The translations under genes and the position numbers were made by a program. This document shows, piece after piece, positions 58,046-64,000 of a DNA stretch of 64,000 nt. Under the pieces are notes generated by a model. That model did not search any database, was not told the DNA's origin, and saw nothing but the letters and a program-made list of their open reading frames with translations. The number at the start of each line of letters is the position of its first letter. Position 1 is the stretch's first letter. Source of the stretch: Eledone cirrhosa (taxonomy: Eukaryota); contig OZ024747.1 of assembly GCA_964016885.1 (NCBI GenBank), forward strand, positions 64,294,001-64,358,000. Direction: 5' to 3'.

Positions 58046-58640
58046 TTCTGCATATATGAGCCAAACAATATTATAAAAAGAAATTCCATTCTTCATGAAA
58101 TTAGCAATTTTCCAAGTGGATGCTCTCTTCGCCTCTTTCCTGGCTAGTGCTATCACCTATATAATTATATTAACAGAACTGTACTAAGATATCAGTATTA
58201 TTCGGGGATAATTAACTATATTTTTTGTATTGGGGCGACATCAACACTAGTAACTCCTAAACATGACAAATGGAACACTGGTGTACAAGACTGAGGCTGA
58301 AGTATTTTTTAGTATGGTACATTGTCAACATTAGTTTTCAAAAACAAACAAAGGAAACTATATAATAGATCTGAATACGTTACGCTACTGGGGAAAATGT
58401 AAACTATTCCAAAAGGATCAACTCTCTTGCGGCCTTTTCTGAATATGCTGCACACATTGGGAGAAAAGTATCAGCAAACAAATTTACCACGGGGTGGCCA
58501 TTTGTTTACAATAGTGAAACATGGGGAGAGCGGGATAGACGGAGACAACGACAGTGTTAGAACCTGGTGTATATATGTGCATACAAGAGGGAATTAATCA
58601 ATTTCTTGCAAACGAATGTATTATTATTATTCGAAGGAAA

Positions 58641-58864
58641 AGGGCAGTGGATTGGCAGTATCGTTAGAGCATCAGACCCCGTGCTTTGCAGCATAGAGTT
58701 ATGACCCTCTATGATCTGAGTTCAAATCCCGCCATGGTTAACTTTGTCTTTCATCCTTACGGTGTCGATAAAATAAAGCACCAGTAACGTACTGAGGTCG
58801 ATTTAATTGACTTTCCCCGGCCCCAAATTACTGGTAGTGTGCCTATACTAGAAATCATTGTTAT
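58641..58864 (+). mobile_element. Meta-like tRNA SINE, full length
   Basis: Family motifs present. Confidence 0.85.
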
Positions 58865-59069
58865 TCTAAAGAAAATACAGGAATCCATTTACGTATCCGC
58901 TGTGTGAGAGCGAAAAACCAAATTCTAATTTTGTTTTTATGTATATATCATCTTCAATTATAAGACCTTATGAAAAACATAAGTCCTGACATATTTTAAT
59001 TAAATGAATGCATCAATATATCCAAATGCTACAACTATAATAACTAATTCAGTGGTAAAAACAACAGAA

Positions 59070-59560
59070 TATGAATTTATGGAGAGTCGTAGACGCCCAC
59101 AGTAAAGAATATTTCATAAAAGATTAACATTGCCAAGAAAATAGAGGGAAGAAATAAAACGACGGAAATGAAAATGCGTCAACACATGAATCCTAGATAT
59201 TATAAAGAGTAGGAAAGAAAACAATGATTTAATTCACACAACCTCTTAATGTAGGTGGGGGTTTGACAAATGGTTTCAAATAAGAAAATCAGCCGTTCAA
59301 TGCAGAATGATTCCGCAGTGTATTAGGAGAAACTCAATAGAAAATTAATAGCAACTGTCCATTACACAGGTTGTGAATTTTTCCAATGGTTCGAGCAATA
59401 TAAATACTATAATTTAACGAAATGAGATGAAGAATGTATGAGAATGTCGTGGCAGAAGATGCGTTATGTAAATATTAATATGGAACTATTCCAAAATTTT
59501 TCAAGCAAATTGCATAAATAGACATTTTCACATTTCGATACATTTACATCTTAGTGACGT
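59070..59560 (+). mobile_element. Possible highly decayed pogo/Tigger transposase N-terminus
   Basis: Pieces KINIAKKIEG, FDKWFQ and a FSNG/WFEQYK-like stretch in shifting frames resemble CENP-B-type HTH domains. Confidence 0.3.
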
Positions 59561-60974
59561 GCTACTTGCTCTTGTCCTTTAAACTCCCATCAAATATGGT
59601 GAACAGCATTAATCCTATTTCCCCGTGTTAAATAAAGAGAGGCAATTTTCTGTATTTCAAACGTGAACAGAGAGGAAACAAAAACCTCTTTAAATCTGCC
59701 GGAAATATTCAGAAATTGCTTTGAGGATTTTGATCACTAACCCATTTGGATATATATATATTCTCATACATGTTCTTGTAACCTAAACTATCAAGTTGTT
59801 GCACTCAATCGCGAAATATGATAAGAGTATATGTATTTGATGGGAGAACATGAAATATCAGATCACATGCATTACTGTACACATGTATATATTTACATAT
59901 GTCTTTATTCATAACGTTAAATATATATATACACACAATAGATTTGCCATATATACACATATGTATATATATATATATACATATATACACACACACACAT
60001 ACACACTTACATATATATATATATAATAGAATATTATATATATACAAATATATAGCTGCTTGTCATTAAGTTATGAAATAAGGTATTCTAAGGCGATGTT
60101 CAATTTCAGCTACGCTATATGGTCGTATAGTATTCTCTAAAAGGAACCGTTATTCTGTAAAGGTGATTCATATAAACTAACTGAGATTCTTTAATATAAT
60201 TGCCATATAATAAAAACAATGGGTCGAAGATGACCTATTTAACATGCTATAACAAGTATTCTCTGTTTACTGTGTTGCCAAATTTGGCTTTACTGTCAAC
60301 AATTTCGTACATGTAGGAGTTTAGCAACTATATAATGGTGAAAATGATCTCTTACCAAGCAGAAGAGAAATAAAATTAATAGTTTGAATGAAAGTGAGAC
60401 AGAAACTGCAGAAATTCATCCTATATATACATTTGTATACTGTTTATGTTTTCTATTACGTATATATCCTAGCAGATTGACAAACGTAGATCCATAAAAT
60501 AAGTAAATAGATATATTTATCTATTATATATTTATCTATCACATATTTTTTACTTTCAAATAATGTCACAGCATAGTACGAAAATTAAATGAAGTGATCA
60601 CAGATTCGTTTAATAAAAGGATCTACTATGATAAACTTCTAAAAACTTCGTCTAATCAACGACGACATATAATGAATAAAAAATAAATACGTATGGCATT
60701 CCTGGAGCGAGATGGGCTCGCCCTGTATCAAGATGGACAGTCTGTGATATCTTCAGGGGTGGTGCATCATGGATGTGTGCTTAGGGAATCCACTTCGAAG
60801 CCTCGTGTTTTCGGATTCAGGCCTTTACATTGCATCTTAGACAAGTATTTTCTACCATAACGTTGGACTGACTAATATCCTGTGGCTGAAGCTGTGCAGA
60901 ACATTGCTGTTATATCTATCTACCTGTCTGTATATATATACAGACATACATACATAATGATGATGGTTACAACT

Positions 60975-61295
60975 CAATTTTGAATAATGCCATCGCTTGA
61001 TACCTAAGCATGATCATTATGAAGGTGACCTTTTAGTCCTGCTAGGGACTTGCCTATGGCCAGCAATACGATGCATCGCAAAGTATCAAGCGATGCATAT
61101 CAAGCGATGCCTGTGTTTGAAGCTTTTTTAAGTGAGGAAAGGCTTTGCACGGGACCAATCGCACTCTCTGAACATCGAAAGTATTTTCCCAGAAAGAGAA
61201 ACTGGTCTACATCAGTGGATGCAAACGAAGTCGCAGCTTTTATATCAGATGGGGCGTAACCTAGACAGATGTCTTAATGAAGACAAGAAGTCTCT
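60975..61295 (+). mobile_element. Decayed RTE apurinic-endonuclease region
   Basis: Pieces IPKHD..GD, LWP, LCT..IALS, WMQTKS and DVLMKTR follow the order of RTE APE motifs. Confidence 0.4.
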
Positions 61296-61321
61296 CGCTT
61301 CACAAAAAAATATATACATAA

Positions 61322-61384
<63 letters not shown>

Positions 61385-61627
61385 TGTGTGTGTTTGCGTG
61401 TGTGTGTGTGTGTGTGCGTGTGCGTGTGTGTGTATATATATATATATAATAGTGTAGATGAGTTAATAATACAAACATATAATAGCAAAGAATATTTCAA
61501 GCTCAAATGTGATTTTATAGTTCACAGCAAGAGATAAAAACTGTTTATAGTTTAACCCAATCGGTAAACTTCCAATCACAGTAGTCTTAAAATATCACAG
61601 AGCGCTCTCACACACACACACACACAC

Positions 61628-61734
<107 letters not shown>

Positions 61735-61845
61735 TGAAGAAAAATAACCAGGATAAAATCACATTAAATTATTTAATTGATTGATGAACGTTTCAATCAA
61801 CACAACAGGAACATTCATTTTTCTACTATATTGTTAATCGATTAA

Positions 61846-62044
61846 CACTTTAGCATTCACATTACTCTATATATTCTATTATATTTACACAGTAAATGCT
61901 TTACCTCATGTAATTATCTCACCTAACATCGAGTCTATTGTGAGAACAATACATTACCATCAGTATGAGCAGCCGGTTACAGCTGGTTTTAACAGAAAAG
62001 GGTGAGATAATTCTGGACGGATATGACACAAAAATGCTAAAGGA
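61846..62044. mobile_element. piggyBac-type (TTAA) MITE
   Basis: TTAA-cactttagcatt ... aatgctaaagga-TTAA. Confidence 0.7.
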
Positions 62045-62326
62045 TTAAACAACATAAATTACAAATATTTACCAAACACGTATTCAAATATATCGCTTAA
62101 TCCTCCATATGGACTACAAATAGAATCTCTGATAGCGAGAATATTTGTACTCCATTTGGAGGATTACACCGGATATTTGGACATGTATTTGGTAAATATT
62201 TATGTTGTTTCATAAATTCTGAAGAGATAAGCAGAAGTTTGAATATTCCTTTTGTATTGCACGAATCGTTCGTTAATTAATTTAATGTAATTTACACATA
62301 ACTATATATATATATATATATATATA

Positions 62327-62410
62327 TTAAAATAACAGATTCAAGTTTAAGCAAAGAATCGCTGCTTTCGCCCCTAACAGGATCTTCTGAAACTAAAAAA
62401 ATTAATCTGG
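62327..62410 (-). mobile_element. PLE family A fragment with an HHR-like motif
   Basis: Reverse complement of about 43775-43858, including cagaaga-tcctgttaggggc-gaaa. Confidence 0.7.
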
Positions 62411-64000
62411 TGCCCTAATACTCAGTTTAATGACTAAAATTAATGAAAAATATAGAATGACTGTACTAACAATACTAAAGTACGTGTAACGAAGGAGAAA
62501 TAGAAAAGAAAATAGAACACTCATTAAAAATATGAGGACGGATCTTTAAAAATCTGCTTGGAAATATGGGAAGGAGAAGAATTGAATTGAATCAAGGAAA
62601 CAAAAAGAATTCTATCAACACGTTTAATAAAAAAAAAATTGTCAATTAATATTATTGTGATAAATATGTGAGCAAATAACATCACTGATAAAAATGGTTC
62701 ATTATATTCTAGAGACATATTGTCGCTGAAATATCAAGTACTGTGATTGGCTGGTAAGAAAGACAAGAAAAATAATATTACAACTTGGGTTCATTCCTTC
62801 AAGAGATCTTGAAAAATATAACGAGTTGCATGAATTATTAGAAAGAAAAATAGTAAATTAAGATAAAGTTGTTTGAGTGCTTTAACAGACAGAAAGAACA
62901 TTTTGAAATGAGAGGAAAGAGAGTGAAAGTAAATAGATATATATCTACATTAAATAAAATCGTGTAATAAGAGAGAATATAATTGATAACTTCACTCTCG
63001 ACTCCAAAATTTCCATAAATGACAGAAGCGTTTAATTATTATTTTTTTTACTCGTGTCTTGCGTGCAGCGTTTCTCATAAAATATTCTATGTGCTCCCGC
63101 CACACTTTAACTAATTTATTTTCATAATGTCGCTTCATTTGTGACCATTGTTATAATAAAAAAAACGATTGTGGATATTAGTGCTGTCTGCCGCACACGT
63201 ACCGATAGCTTTTTACAGTGTTTCGCATAGAATATATTCTGTTACAGGATTGCTGAAAAAATAAATGAGGTGTGTGTGTGTGTGGGGGGGTCATTTAGCA
63301 AAGCTACGGTACTTTGTAACGTCCACACTCCGAATTAGAAAGGAAAGGTTCGTTCTGAGAGAGTGTACGTGGAGAGAAGGAGATAATTGGAATTGTAGGG
63401 AGTTGATAAATGTCAACGAAATTCCCAATATATAACTTTTGTAAACTGATTATTTCGGTAAATGCAAAGACATGAGAAAAACCGTAGACATTTTAAGATT
63501 GCTAATTCTCGTTGAAAGGGAAATAAACTGATTACTAGGCACGTATATTGATAACACCATGCCATATTTCGACTTATTATTATTCAAATAAAGTCCTGTA
63601 ACATTTCCTCACTGGGGAACACGTATTTGCGATAACTCTAAAATTTACAGCAGGATTTGGAAGTCAAATATGCATATAATATGTGGAAGTAATTTTATAT
63701 AATTAACGCCACGGTTATCCAATTAAACATAACTATGTATTCCCAAACATGTAGAAGATTCATTGCTTGAAATTTAGATATTGTGTGTGTATAATATTTT
63801 TATAGCTATTGCATTAATCTTCCAATTATAGTTGATGACAATAACGGCTAAATTTAGTGTGGTATGGGATATAAACATTCCCGCGCTTAATATCTCACCT
63901 CTGTAATACAAAGGAGTCCTACAGCAACAGGATCAGTGTTAAATGACTATGCATTAATTTAACGAGCAGCATACGGAATCGTGTTGTTATATCCAAGATA

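Noticed and set aside
57788-58147. Acidic poly-Glu ORF
   Set aside because: Driven by (GAA)n and purine-rich low complexity.
61322-61435. (CA)n-(TG)n self-complementary hairpin
   Set aside because: A simple-repeat juxtaposition with no unique sequence, common in such genomes.

Overview
AT-rich eukaryotic genomic DNA, probably intronic or intergenic. The repeat content resembles an Octopus (cephalopod) genome; this is an inference from the SINE motifs and microsatellite load. I can support no intact protein-coding gene: nearly all listed ORFs are translations of (TA)n, (CA)n, (GA)n or (CAT)n microsatellites. The window is a mosaic of tRNA-derived SINEs, decayed LINE fragments (RTE, R4/Dong-like, CR1/L2-like), MITEs (Tc1/mariner, hAT, piggyBac type) and many short Penelope-like element (PLE) 3' remnants sitting in (TA)n tracts. 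The main hidden signal is RNA structure. I read about 16 minimal type-I hammerhead ribozyme (HHR) motifs, 7 of them with near-intact catalytic cores, mostly inside fold-back insertions whose inversion points fall at or near the ribozyme. The best candidate is a young, ORF-less, retrozyme-like insertion at 37616-39319. It has an inverted 5' segment plus about 2.4 near-identical 595-bp head-to-tail units, and each full unit carries an HHR with a compensatory U3-A8 core and a long stem II. All folds were derived by eye and none were computed.
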